In this document: positions 40,801-50,176 of the stretch, one piece after another | Layout: each line of letters opens with the position of its first letter | How positions within the stretch are numbered: position 1 is the stretch's first letter | Virus record (IMG/VR): IMGVR_UViG_3300017917_003843 | Coordinates: 4,440 to 68,439 of that record | Length of the DNA stretch: 64,000 nt | Reading direction: 5' to 3' (one strand) | Source: a virus | The notes under the pieces: generated by a model | What the model saw: only the letters and a program-made list of their open reading frames with translations | What the model was told of the DNA's origin: nothing | Database searches by the model: none | Translations under genes and position numbers: made by a program

Positions 40801-42477
40801 TCCTTTAGCTTTAAATAAATAAGGTAAATTATGATAAATTCTCTTATATGATTCTATTACTAAATCTTTTCTGGGGATATTGTTTAAAAAACTACTTGAT
40901 GGTGAATAATCACCATTAAAATCAACACTACCACTATATCCACCTACATTATAATCTAATACAGTTTGATTACCTTGAGAATTATATAATTTAACACCAA
41001 ATGATTCTAACCAATCATATACTAAATCTTGAGAAATACCTTTTTCCAAATTATTATCATTATCCCAAACATCAGTTAATTTATCAATATAAATCCAAAT
41101 ATTATCAAAATATTGGCCAATCATATTAACAAATAAAATATAAGGAGCATAGTTATCTGGATCTTCTAATATATAAGAAGGAATGACGTCTAATAATATA
41201 TCTTTATTATCAATATCATAAGCACTTACTACATTAGAAGTAGTAGCATACCAATTCTGAACTGTAACTGAGGATGATGGGTATAAAGTATATGGCTGTA
41301 AAGAACCTGATTTAGGCCATGGGGCAATATTATATTCAAGATAAGATCCTGTTTCTAAAGTAATTTCTACTATAGATGATGTTAATGAACTTGAAGTAAA
41401 ATATAAATAAGATTCAAAACCATCAAAAGTTGCTATGATGTCATTTATACTTGAACTAGCTCTATTTACTGATGGAACTAAAGAAGGATTTGAAGCTGTT
41501 AATGGGGTATTAGTATTAATTTCACTTTGATAGCTTTCAATTTCTCCTATTTTAAAAACAAAATTAGATAATCTATTTTCAACCGAACTATAACGTGCAA
41601 AACCTGAACATTGGCTATAATCAACATTTATATTAACCCCCTGATTAGCAATAGAATTTAATACTGCTTGATAATATGAACCAGTAAATGAAGATATAAG
41701 TTGATTATAATTGTTATAAGGTGTAGGAATTACATTTTTAGTTTGTAAGTCAATATCAAAATTAGGACCTCTTAGTACAGGTTGAGGTAATGTAGGTATT
41801 AATTTATCTAAATTTAAATCAAATACGTAAGGATTAATTAATTCTTCTACAATCCAAAATGTATTTTTAACTCCTAAATTAAGAGGAAGTGGTTCATATA
41901 ATTTAAATAATATATTTACTTGACCGTTAGTACCAAATTCTGTTAGAGCATTTACAGCTATTACTTGATTGTTGTTACCAAAATTTAATATTACATAGTA
42001 ATAATAAGGAACACTCGCTTGTTTTTGAGCAAACCCGCTAACAATAGATGCTAATTGTTGATTTGATAATACTGTTGAATTAACTTTTAATTCGGTTCTA
42101 TCCGAAGAAATCTGTTGAATATATAAATTATTATCAAATGGTTCACCTGATAATTTTCGAAAAAAATTATATCTAACTGTTACTTCACCAGATTCATATC
42201 CTAAATCTTTAATATCTTGAATAGGATCTATTTCAAGATTAGGTAATAAACTTTGTGAATAAGCAGATGTTGTAGGAAGTTTATATGATCTATAATTATA
42301 ATCTGAATTAAGGGTAGTTCCTCCTAAATCAAATACAAAATATTCAATATAATCATTTGCTTGTCCAAATGTTTCCGATTGGATTATAGGAAGCATTAAG
42401 TTATCATCCTGTAGTGTATAACGATTTATTACACCAGTATCTAAAATCTGCCCTACTATTCTAATATTATCCGCCAT
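37900..42477 (-). CDS. Large baseplate wedge-type protein (1525 aa)
   Basis: MIGQYFDNIW, NLPYLFKAKG, IKEYGG, MIKDFTPAR; next to gp6/gp25 homologues. Confidence 0.7.
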   Translation of the reverse strand: MADNIRIVGQILDTGVINRYTLQDDNLMLPIIQSETFGQANDYIEYFVFDLGGTTLNSDYNYRSYKLPTTSAYSQSLLPNLEIDPIQDIKDLGYESGEVTVRYNFFRKLSGEPFDNNLYIQQISSDRTELKVNSTVLSNQQLASIVSGFAQKQASVPYYYYVILNFGNNNQVIAVNALTEFGTNGQVNILFKLYEPLPLNLGVKNTFWIVEELINPYVFDLNLDKLIPTLPQPVLRGPNFDIDLQTKNVIPTPYNNYNQLISSFTGSYYQAVLNSIANQGVNINVDYSQCSGFARYSSVENRLSNFVFKIGEIESYQSEINTNTPLTASNPSLVPSVNRASSSINDIIATFDGFESYLYFTSSSLTSSIVEITLETGSYLEYNIAPWPKSGSLQPYTLYPSSSVTVQNWYATTSNVVSAYDIDNKDILLDVIPSYILEDPDNYAPYILFVNMIGQYFDNIWIYIDKLTDVWDNDNNLEKGISQDLVYDWLESFGVKLYNSQGNQTVLDYNVGGYSGSVDFNGDYSPSSSFLNNIPRKDLVIESYKRIYHNLPYLFKAKGAHGGLQSLITVFGITGSILPIKEYGGMNDYQDLKGYTTNKISLGSNTITGSVLSSVKRLETSTTSSRAVKSQDLHFIDVSFSPQTQIDAAVSSSITSVDPTWVLDQYIGDPTALSLETYPSLSYQRDYWFGQTFDEPFDYGGFIRLIQFFDNSLFKMIKDFTPARGNTWTGVSIKSPVLERPKVAQYNPIFTNSTDWEADFTGAAILPIYDPYYFYLGGDKEAYYEGNISGSFIDTYAVFEVNNRNPYLVNNSIGYTPPGFVSGSTDFIFNINAPAYENFFINSDFNILQNNVDESLTSAYRKLVIPILSVDDLGRCFTSYSITGAVQLQDSYLPNPSYKNPRYDGVQLYSRLYNTWSIGDRSYGQSPVINYNVKKLGLFTEVVDNVYLPYRSNVALKYLVDDTGSFTELNKRNRNWIEVQNTFKAGDSLNISLFDSQKYSNQAQTNGNKIIYESGYSYFPVFYLYGSESANWITSSVFAAPGGDSQNVLNRFFNLYTVPGTLVPSSSTFTSSSFTGSKYEVWNIFNTVSSISSTGNYFSLGTGPGGGNIVTSSYYTIPAKSNYQFSYDFNLLVSASASTVTSKEVIGSMELWVSSSTTGTFTKLDTNAITASFQAQTYKVYIGNIPTGYTKVIAELQQSDDIILYNGYNVNEYNTIYDPLPINTFIVSPADITYRLYKFIGYLPNADTFDPYQGNILGYFWVKSTDNPDNYSNIKIYSSITPPSPDSAATKTLTFRRSVNLNASDVAIGDKIVFRFFIDNDGNSGDPTLIYNASLNADGILKVIAANNSLVTNNIDVCFDQTANAFYLDTSLSPFFGPSYFFNPLDSVVSSSYSSLYQTYGDILYPFYLQPNDKIVIQAVDANGPYSEYTVNNVEFIGTSSLAYIYVKEDIDGYFNSCSKYYKVLFLKRVVDETNVIINYSKVPGKTSYGYAIASNISPLLIDNIDNINKRVNQQLVDVGVGITT

Positions 42478-42817
42478 TCAGTGATTGTTGAATTAATTTA
42501 ATATTTTCAGCTTCAATTGTTAGTAATTGTTGTCTTAAAGTTGTTATTTCTTGTAATAAAACATCAATATTAGTATCATCTGCTAATCTTACTCCCAAAT
42601 ATTCTGCTGTTTTATTTAAAATATATCGTTGAGAATTAATATCTCCTTCTTTAGGAATACTTAAAAATAATTCCTCATATAATGTAAAAAACTCATCAAT
42701 GGTAAGTTCAGGAGCAACGGGTGTTACTATTGCAAATTCTTTAAATTGAGTATCTATAACTTTAGAAAATCTACCCTTATTATAAACTGCTTGTTGAACC
42801 GGAATTATTTCAGCCAT
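42467..42817 (-). CDS. Baseplate-module hypothetical protein
   Basis: Overlaps neighbours; C-terminal coiled coil. Confidence 0.6.
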   Translation of the reverse strand: MAEIIPVQQAVYNKGRFSKVIDTQFKEFAIVTPVAPELTIDEFFTLYEELFLSIPKEGDINSQRYILNKTAEYLGVRLADDTNIDVLLQEITTLRQQLLTIEAENIKLIQQSLNGG

Positions 42818-43899
42818 TATTTGTTTATTTTAAATATGTAGTTATTATCATATACTACTGTTGAACCATCATTAAAAGATGATTTTATAAGTACTTTATA
42901 ATATCTTTGTGGTTGTAAACCTGCCATATATAATATAAAATAATTCCCTGCAGAATCACAACTTAGTTTAGTATAATTTATATCAAAATCTATAACATAT
43001 TCTCCTGTATCTAAATCTTGTACAGCATAATATGATGATGAAGGTAAAGCACTATTTAAAGTATAAACAGATTGTGTAACGAATTGGCGCGTAGGATATG
43101 TAGGACGAGCATTTACTCTAAAATTATAAACAGTATCAGTATTATACTGCCCAATATTATTTCCTAAAGTAATAACAGTGTTATCATTAGATAATACAGA
43201 TAAGCTTCCTGTTATATAACTACTATCATCCCATCTAATTTCAAGTTGAGGAGGATATATAGTATGAGTATTTCTAGAAAAATATTTTAATGAATATGAA
43301 GATGAAGGATTATATTCATAATTATCCATTTTAACCAAAATACCATTATTTGTTATACTTCCTGTATAAAACTGTGTTACAATATTAGTAATATCAGCAT
43401 TTACATCTTTTGTACTGTTTATAACAAATGATTGAGAAGCAACATAGTTAGTATACCATGTACCTCCACCTGGGCTATCTGTTTGGTAAGAACCCGTACT
43501 ATTAGTAGCAAAACTAGATGTTCGCCAATTGATATTATTATTTCGTTGTACCCATGAACTACCGTCTGTATCCGCGGGATTGTATAAAAATCTACCTGTT
43601 CCTTCTTCCCAAGATTGAGATACAGGGTAAAAATTTAAAGTATAATCATCAGGTAAAGAAGTAGCATTTGCTATAAACAGTTTTAAATAAGTTTTATAAG
43701 CACCTGTTACCTCATTATTTATAACATCTTGTATTTGAGATGTAGGAAATGTAACTAAAAATCTAGATACTTGAGCATTATTATTGGATGAAGACATTTC
43801 ATTTTGAATCTCCAATATTTGATCAAGCCCTGTATTAGTTAAAGGGTATGCAGAGTATACGGTTGTATCCTTTTCAGGAAATATTTTATAGACAGCCAT
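42817..43899 (-). CDS. Structural protein (DNRLRE-like beta-sandwich)
   Basis: KDTTVY, SWEEGTG, NNGILVK, FSRNTHTIYPPQLEIRW. Confidence 0.6.
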   Translation of the reverse strand: MAVYKIFPEKDTTVYSAYPLTNTGLDQILEIQNEMSSSNNNAQVSRFLVTFPTSQIQDVINNEVTGAYKTYLKLFIANATSLPDDYTLNFYPVSQSWEEGTGRFLYNPADTDGSSWVQRNNNINWRTSSFATNSTGSYQTDSPGGGTWYTNYVASQSFVINSTKDVNADITNIVTQFYTGSITNNGILVKMDNYEYNPSSSYSLKYFSRNTHTIYPPQLEIRWDDSSYITGSLSVLSNDNTVITLGNNIGQYNTDTVYNFRVNARPTYPTRQFVTQSVYTLNSALPSSSYYAVQDLDTGEYVIDFDINYTKLSCDSAGNYFILYMAGLQPQRYYKVLIKSSFNDGSTVVYDNNYIFKINK

Positions 43900-43932
43900 C
43901 TATGTTATTTATTTACAATAAATATAGAATTA

Positions 43933-45744
43933 TTAAAAAGTTATTACCCGACCTTGAATATCTAAATCAGGATATCTTATTTCAAAAATAGCAGGATCTA
44001 GTGATGGATACAATACGTTATTTCTAATAGCTCCTGCTACATCATAACTATAAGGAGAATAATTAGTTCCTGATTTATTGGTAAATTCAACTTTAGTTAC
44101 GGATTGTACACCATCAGTTTGTAGTAAGACAGAATATATTTCAGATATTATAATAGGTTGATTAACTTGCCATTTATCTATATTAAAATAATCTTTTAAT
44201 GCTATTATACAATTAGTTAATATCTGTTTATTACTCAAACCAGGAATAACAGTAATATCAAAACTTAATCCTAAATTAATATAAAATGCATCTTTAATAG
44301 TAATAGCATCTGTAACCATTCTAAATGGTTCTAAATATTCTTTTAAATTACTTTTTAATTGTGCAGTAGCATTTTCTAATCTTTTATCACCATCATATGC
44401 TAAAACATACATTGATAAAGCAAGAGGATTATTATCAATTAGTGGATCATTACCTGATTGTACTGATAGAGCTGAAGCTTGTTCTACATATACTTTAGCA
44501 ATAGTACCAAATTCAGAAGGCATACTTAAAGCACGAGTAATATAATCTTCTTTAGTTACCGCACGAAGTTGTGCTGAAAAAGAATTTAATGTATTTAATC
44601 GGATTTCCTCAACAGAATCTCCATCTCTACCACCAGTTGCTGGTAAGGGGTTAGTACATGCTAAAGTTAATAAAGATAAATTAACATATGATGGGTTTAT
44701 AGTAGTTATACCAGCATTAGAAGTTATAATAACAATATCATTAGCAGGTACGTTAGCTGCTATACCTCCCCCAACTGTATACTCAACATACATTGTCATG
44801 TTAGCAGGTACTATACCATATTGTTTAGTATAAAATACAGCAGCCTGATTGTAATTATTTACTAAATCAGATGTATCAACAGAAGGAACTAAACCTAACT
44901 GTATTGTATCAGGGGTAGGAATAATAACACTATCAGCATCATTAACATACATTCCCGCACCAAATTGCATTTCTACTATTGTATCCGTTTTAATTCTTGT
45001 TACAAAACGATTAGGAGTTTCTAATAAACTCATTAAATATGGTACTTTATTAGCATTAATTCCAGTATTTGTTGTTTTATTAATAACGTTAGACTGAGCT
45101 AAATATGGTACTTCATACCACGTACTAGAATCACTTCCTGAAACTGCTAATATTTGTAAAAAATTAGGCTCATTAATTTCAACGGATGTAAATTTTTGAG
45201 GAGGACCAAATACAAATTCTGTGCTTTTTATTTCAGCAGATATAGCTTTAACGGATTTTTTAAACAGATAAGTATTAGGGTCATATAAACTAATTTCAAC
45301 AGACCCTGTATCAGAAAAATCAACTTTATTTAGTGTTAAAAATTTAGTACCTGTAGTAGCCGACTGTAATTGAGTATTTTCAGGAATTATCAATGCATAT
45401 TCTAAATTAGGTACACTACTTGATATAGGAATACGTTGATAAAAATCAATAAGTGCAACGGAAGCATATGATGATTTGGGGCGATAACCTAATGAATAAG
45501 CCATATTCAATAGATTTTCCTTTTGTTCAGCCGTTAGTACAAAATTTTCTTGTATTTGAGTATCAGTATAAAATGATAAAACATCACCAACATATGCTGC
45601 CATTTCAATAAACATATTTCCAGGGGATGCTTCTGAAAAGTCAGTATAAGTATTAGGAAAATAATTTTTAGCAAATTCAATTAAAGATGCTTTAAACTCA
45701 GGAAATGTCTTATTTAAATAAGATATATTTTTATTATCTGCCAT
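43933..45744 (-). CDS. gp6: Baseplate wedge protein, T4 gp6/baseplate J-like
   Basis: YVGDVLSFY, FGAG, YTVGGG, GGRDGDSVEEIR, RAVTKEDY. Confidence 0.85.
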   Translation of the reverse strand: MADNKNISYLNKTFPEFKASLIEFAKNYFPNTYTDFSEASPGNMFIEMAAYVGDVLSFYTDTQIQENFVLTAEQKENLLNMAYSLGYRPKSSYASVALIDFYQRIPISSSVPNLEYALIIPENTQLQSATTGTKFLTLNKVDFSDTGSVEISLYDPNTYLFKKSVKAISAEIKSTEFVFGPPQKFTSVEINEPNFLQILAVSGSDSSTWYEVPYLAQSNVINKTTNTGINANKVPYLMSLLETPNRFVTRIKTDTIVEMQFGAGMYVNDADSVIIPTPDTIQLGLVPSVDTSDLVNNYNQAAVFYTKQYGIVPANMTMYVEYTVGGGIAANVPANDIVIITSNAGITTINPSYVNLSLLTLACTNPLPATGGRDGDSVEEIRLNTLNSFSAQLRAVTKEDYITRALSMPSEFGTIAKVYVEQASALSVQSGNDPLIDNNPLALSMYVLAYDGDKRLENATAQLKSNLKEYLEPFRMVTDAITIKDAFYINLGLSFDITVIPGLSNKQILTNCIIALKDYFNIDKWQVNQPIIISEIYSVLLQTDGVQSVTKVEFTNKSGTNYSPYSYDVAGAIRNNVLYPSLDPAIFEIRYPDLDIQGRVITF

Positions 45745-46154
45745 TACTCAAAATTAACTGTTATATTATCTGTTTCTCCTGATATTAATATATAATATGT
45801 AATATTTACAGTTAATACATTTAAATCAGGATCGGGTGCAAATTCAATATTAGTGATTTGTATACTAGGAATATATATTTCAACACTACTTTTAATGCTT
45901 TCTTCTATATTACCAAAAGAAGTAGGATCTATTTGTTCAAACAATTGTGCTCGTAAAAGAGTACCAAATTGAGGATTTTCAATTCGTTCACCTCTAGCTG
46001 TTAATAATAAATTTATAAGATTATACTTAAGTTGCTCCTTAGTAGAAAAAGTACTATAAAAAACACCAGGAGCATTAAATGGTAATTTAACACCAATTGC
46101 TGTATTTTTTTGTAAATCTCTAGGATCAACCCTAGTACTCTTTATATAAGCCAT
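45744..46154 (-). CDS. gp25: Baseplate gp25/GpW-like protein
   Basis: NLINLLLTARGERIENPQFGTLL. Confidence 0.85.
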   Translation of the reverse strand: MAYIKSTRVDPRDLQKNTAIGVKLPFNAPGVFYSTFSTKEQLKYNLINLLLTARGERIENPQFGTLLRAQLFEQIDPTSFGNIEESIKSSVEIYIPSIQITNIEFAPDPDLNVLTVNITYYILISGETDNITVNFE

Positions 46155-46486
46155 TATTGAACTGCTCTAAAATTATTTATATCACCTGGGTTTTGTCTCA
46201 TTTCTGATGCAACCTGTGCTAACATATTTTGATAAACGTTTTGTTTTTCACCAAACGTTTTAGGAACAGCCGCTGGTGGTGGAGTCATCCCCATTTGATC
46301 CATTAAACTTTGACGTAAAGCTGGATTAGATGGAGGTGTATTTGTTGTATTAAAACTTACAGTAGGCCATTCTTGTTGGGCAGTAAGAGATTCTTGAATT
46401 TTTTGCTTTCCAAGATTAGCTAATTCTTCTTTCAAAACTTCTCTAACAGCCTCTTTAATAAGATTTTTTAATTCATTTGATTTCAT
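46154..46486 (-). CDS. Hypothetical protein with cargo-type leader
   Basis: MKSNELKNLIKEAVREVLKEE. Confidence 0.6.
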   Translation of the reverse strand: MKSNELKNLIKEAVREVLKEELANLGKQKIQESLTAQQEWPTVSFNTTNTPPSNPALRQSLMDQMGMTPPPAAVPKTFGEKQNVYQNMLAQVASEMRQNPGDINNFRAVQ

Positions 46487-46497
46487 ATCAATAAATA

Positions 46498-47805
46498 TTA
46501 AGGTTCAAGATTTTGTTCGTCAATAATTAATTTTAGTTCTTCAACTAATACATAAGGATCTAATGTAAATGATGGTTTAGATTGTAATACTATAAATCCA
46601 CTTCGATCGTAAGCAACAGCATATCTACGTTTATTACCTGATACTACAAATCTAGGATCATTTTCTTCAAGTATACCGAATGTAAATCCTTTATAAATAG
46701 TACCTTGAAGTAATCCTAATTTTTTATTTAATAACTCATTAATTTCACTAGGTGTCAAATCATTATTTATAGCTTGATCAACTAACTCATTTAAAGGTAG
46801 TAATCTTGCTTCTAAAGCCGTTATTTCATTAATTAAATTACTTAAAGCAGCATTTATTACTGCTATCATTACTAATAATGCATCTATAGTTAATGTAATT
46901 TTAGTAATCCGCTCAGCAATTACTGCTGTTATACTAAACGGAATTAATAATATTAATGTTAATACTAAAGTAAATACAGTAAGTACTGTTTGTAATACTT
47001 CTAAAGCAGTTTTAATAAATGATATTTGAATATAAGCATTACTTAATTCAGCTACTGCTGCATCTCTAGCTATTTTTGATTTAGCAATATCTTGTTTAGT
47101 TTGAGCGGATGCTAATATATCATTAGTTTTATTAACTAAATCTGTTAAATTTTGAACAGTAACCGCTAATGATGCTAAATAATTATTTATTAAATAACCT
47201 ATAGCATATAATACAAGTGCTTTAGCTGATGCTTTAATAAATCCTTTATTTTGTGCAATTTTAGCTTTTACACCATTAGTTGTAACTCTAATTTTATTTC
47301 TAGTTACCTTAGCATCACTTATTGCTTGTTCAGCTTCTGCACTCTCTTTTAAACTTTCTTCAGTAACAATATTTAATTGTTTATTAATATCTAAAATTTG
47401 ATTTTCAATACCTTTTACATATTTTTCTGCTTTTTGTATTTCTTTTTCTGCTTTTTTTAAAGCTCTATCAGCAACTTTTAATTTTTTATTAGCTTCATTT
47501 TTTTGTTGCTTTAAAATTTCATCAGCATTTCCTTGAGAATTAACTTGAACTACATTATCCCCATATTCTTTATAATCATCAGCATATTGAGCTGCTAATG
47601 CTAATGCTTGTATAGGACTAATTTGAGTATTATTTAATGCATCTAAAAAATTTTTTGCTTGATCATAATATGCTTTAGATTGATTATATAAAGCTTTAGC
47701 TGCTTCATATTGTAATTTCCCTTCTTCATATAATTTGGTACTATCTTCTAATGCTTTTTGAGCAGCATCTATTCTTTCTTGAGTTTGTTCTAAAGATGAA
47801 GCCAT
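46498..47805 (-). CDS. Coiled-coil protein with hydrophobic hairpin
   Basis: Long heptad region; VLTVFTLVLTLILLIPFSI and IDALLVMIAVINAAL segments. Confidence 0.6.
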   Translation of the reverse strand: MASSLEQTQERIDAAQKALEDSTKLYEEGKLQYEAAKALYNQSKAYYDQAKNFLDALNNTQISPIQALALAAQYADDYKEYGDNVVQVNSQGNADEILKQQKNEANKKLKVADRALKKAEKEIQKAEKYVKGIENQILDINKQLNIVTEESLKESAEAEQAISDAKVTRNKIRVTTNGVKAKIAQNKGFIKASAKALVLYAIGYLINNYLASLAVTVQNLTDLVNKTNDILASAQTKQDIAKSKIARDAAVAELSNAYIQISFIKTALEVLQTVLTVFTLVLTLILLIPFSITAVIAERITKITLTIDALLVMIAVINAALSNLINEITALEARLLPLNELVDQAINNDLTPSEINELLNKKLGLLQGTIYKGFTFGILEENDPRFVVSGNKRRYAVAYDRSGFIVLQSKPSFTLDPYVLVEELKLIIDEQNLEP

Positions 47806-49007
47806 TATGATGTTTGTGTTGTTTGAGAAACTAAAAAAGTTGGAATACCTAATTGGTCGCTATATGTTTTTAATTTAGCTTGAAATACATTTGAAGCCAT
47901 CATTAATTGAGTCATTGTTGTTCCTTCGGGAGTAATTACAGCAGTTGTTAAAGCTGAACTAAATGTGCTTAGATCTGTTATAAGGTTTGATAAAAGTAAT
48001 TTAGTATCATTACCTAACAATACAGGTTGTGTCTTTTTAGATTTATTAGAAGGACCTAAAAATATAGTATTATCTTGTAATGTAATTCCTACTTGTCTAC
48101 TTTGTAAATAAATAGGACCTTGAGAATATAATTCAACACCTGTTTTACCGAATATTAGCACTTCATCACTTTTAGAAGAAATAACAGTACGGTCAGCATT
48201 TATAACAACTTGAGGATTAACATAATTTTTAACACCGATAGGAGCAGTAATATTACTTAAAGAAATATTACCAATATCTAAAGGAATAGATTGATTAGAT
48301 GTTAGATAAACAGATGATCCATCTTTATTTATATCTTCAACATGTAAATCTGAAGTAGGTAATTTAAAATTATGTTGATTAGTAATTAATGTAATTGGAT
48401 TATTTCTTAGTTCACCTGGATTAGTAGACCATGGAGTTAAATCTATATTTCCTGATTTGTTAGTACTTCCAAAACGAATTGAATTACCAAATCTACCTTC
48501 TAAAATATAATCACCTTCAAAAGTTTGTAAACCTCTAAAATTAGAATCTTCGTTAAATGAATCGTATAATAAAGTTTTATCTTCATTTAAAAATAACCCA
48601 TTAAATTGAGGACTATTCCAAGCATTAATTACACTTACATAATAGTTTTCTTCGGTTTTATTAGTAATAGGAGAAGGAGCCGAGGGAAGTGGCATTAACA
48701 ATACTATTTCACCTGGCAGTGGAAAGTATTTTTGATTAGGTATTAAAGGCAATGCTGTTGGGAAGTTAACTAAACTAGCATCATCTAAATTTTCTAATGG
48801 TATCTCACTAGATTCATTATATTCTTGATACAATATGGTACCAATACCATCCCATCTACCATTTTGTTCCCATACTTGAGCGGGTACACTTCTTTCATTT
48901 AATATAACAGCATATACTTTTCCTACTTTATAATTTTGAGGAGGGAAATAATTATTATTCCCCATATTAGCTGTAATAAACGATACACCTTCTCTTACTT
49001 TTACCAT
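47805..49007 (-). CDS. Baseplate hub/spike (gp5-like) protein
   Basis: FPLPGEIV, EGDYILEGRFGNSIRFG, INADR, PVLLGN. Confidence 0.65.
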   Translation of the reverse strand: MVKVREGVSFITANMGNNNYFPPQNYKVGKVYAVILNERSVPAQVWEQNGRWDGIGTILYQEYNESSEIPLENLDDASLVNFPTALPLIPNQKYFPLPGEIVLLMPLPSAPSPITNKTEENYYVSVINAWNSPQFNGLFLNEDKTLLYDSFNEDSNFRGLQTFEGDYILEGRFGNSIRFGSTNKSGNIDLTPWSTNPGELRNNPITLITNQHNFKLPTSDLHVEDINKDGSSVYLTSNQSIPLDIGNISLSNITAPIGVKNYVNPQVVINADRTVISSKSDEVLIFGKTGVELYSQGPIYLQSRQVGITLQDNTIFLGPSNKSKKTQPVLLGNDTKLLLSNLITDLSTFSSALTTAVITPEGTTMTQLMMASNVFQAKLKTYSDQLGIPTFLVSQTTQTS

Positions 49008-49008
49008 T

Positions 49009-49365
49009 TTATTTCTCCTTAGAACCTATTATAGTAGCATTAACTTCATGAACTGCTGAAAATAATTGTTCTTTTTCAGCTTCACTTAATATCATACCAG
49101 CAGCTTCTTCTGAAGAACTACTAGACATAGCACGTTGAACAATACCTGCTAATTTAATCAATTGTTCATCATTTTTAACACTTATATTCAAATGCTCAGC
49201 AATCAATGGAACTATCATAAGAGCTGATTGGGCATTTTCAACAAATGGTTTTAATGTTTCAATTAGATCTTTTATTTGTTTTTCTTTCTCTTTAGAATTA
49301 TTGTAAATGTCTTTAAGCAAATCAGAAAATTTCTTATTGCCCCACATTACTTGATCAAAATTCAT
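49009..49365 (-). CDS. Conserved-type helical hypothetical protein
   Basis: VKNDEQLIKLAGIVQR; late motif upstream. Confidence 0.6.
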   Translation of the reverse strand: MNFDQVMWGNKKFSDLLKDIYNNSKEKEKQIKDLIETLKPFVENAQSALMIVPLIAEHLNISVKNDEQLIKLAGIVQRAMSSSSSEEAAGMILSEAEKEQLFSAVHEVNATIIGSKEK

Positions 49366-49393
49366 AATTAATATTTGATTATAAATATAAAAT

Positions 49394-50176
49394 TTAAATA
49401 TCTATGCAACCGTCATTATAATAATCATTAAACAACTCAGCATATATCGATTTTAATTTTTTAGTAATTTTAGTAATTTGAGGTGTATCTACATCAACAA
49501 TTTCTCTAATGTAGATATACAATGCTTTTTTATTAAAAATATCCAAATTTTCTCTTTTACGAAATAACTCCATAATAGCATCTGCTGTTTTAGCATCTAT
49601 TTCTTTAGAAAATAATTTATTAATATTTTTATCAATATATTGAACATACAAATTTATAAATTCAGTTAAACTATTATCTTGATTATAATGTTCAACCATC
49701 GTGTCTTCTTTGATTTTTTTATCATCGTCAACTTCATTTATATCTCCTTTGTCTTGTAGTTTTTGATAATTTTTCTTATTTTTAAGAATTAAATAACGTT
49801 TAGCAATTGTACCAAAATAAGAATATGCTTTACCTTTATTAGGTTTAAACAATTTTAATTTTTCAAGTAAAAAAGCAATTACTTCTTGTTGTACATCTTC
49901 TACTGATTCTCCATCAGTATAGTAGAATTTAAACGTATGAATAATATTTTGAGTTAACTTAAAAAAAGCATATTCAATACGTGTACTATATATATGATTT
50001 CTAATTTCTTGATCATCAGATAACACATATTGGATAATAGCTTCTTGAGTATCCTCAGTAAAATAGGTATTAGACGTTTTAGGTTTACGTTTACGTATTT
50101 TTCCAGATTTAGTAAACTCAACTACAATCTCATCCTCTAATAATGGTTCGGGTTTACTTAGTTCTTGGGTTATCAT
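49394..50176 (-). CDS. gp55: Phage sigma factor, T4 gp55-like (late transcription)
   Basis: YFTEDTQEAI, EDVQQEVIAFLLEKL..FKPNKGKAYSYFGTIAKR (sigma region 2). Confidence 0.7.
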   Translation of the reverse strand: MITQELSKPEPLLEDEIVVEFTKSGKIRKRKPKTSNTYFTEDTQEAIIQYVLSDDQEIRNHIYSTRIEYAFFKLTQNIIHTFKFYYTDGESVEDVQQEVIAFLLEKLKLFKPNKGKAYSYFGTIAKRYLILKNKKNYQKLQDKGDINEVDDDKKIKEDTMVEHYNQDNSLTEFINLYVQYIDKNINKLFSKEIDAKTADAIMELFRKRENLDIFNKKALYIYIREIVDVDTPQITKITKKLKSIYAELFNDYYNDGCIDI

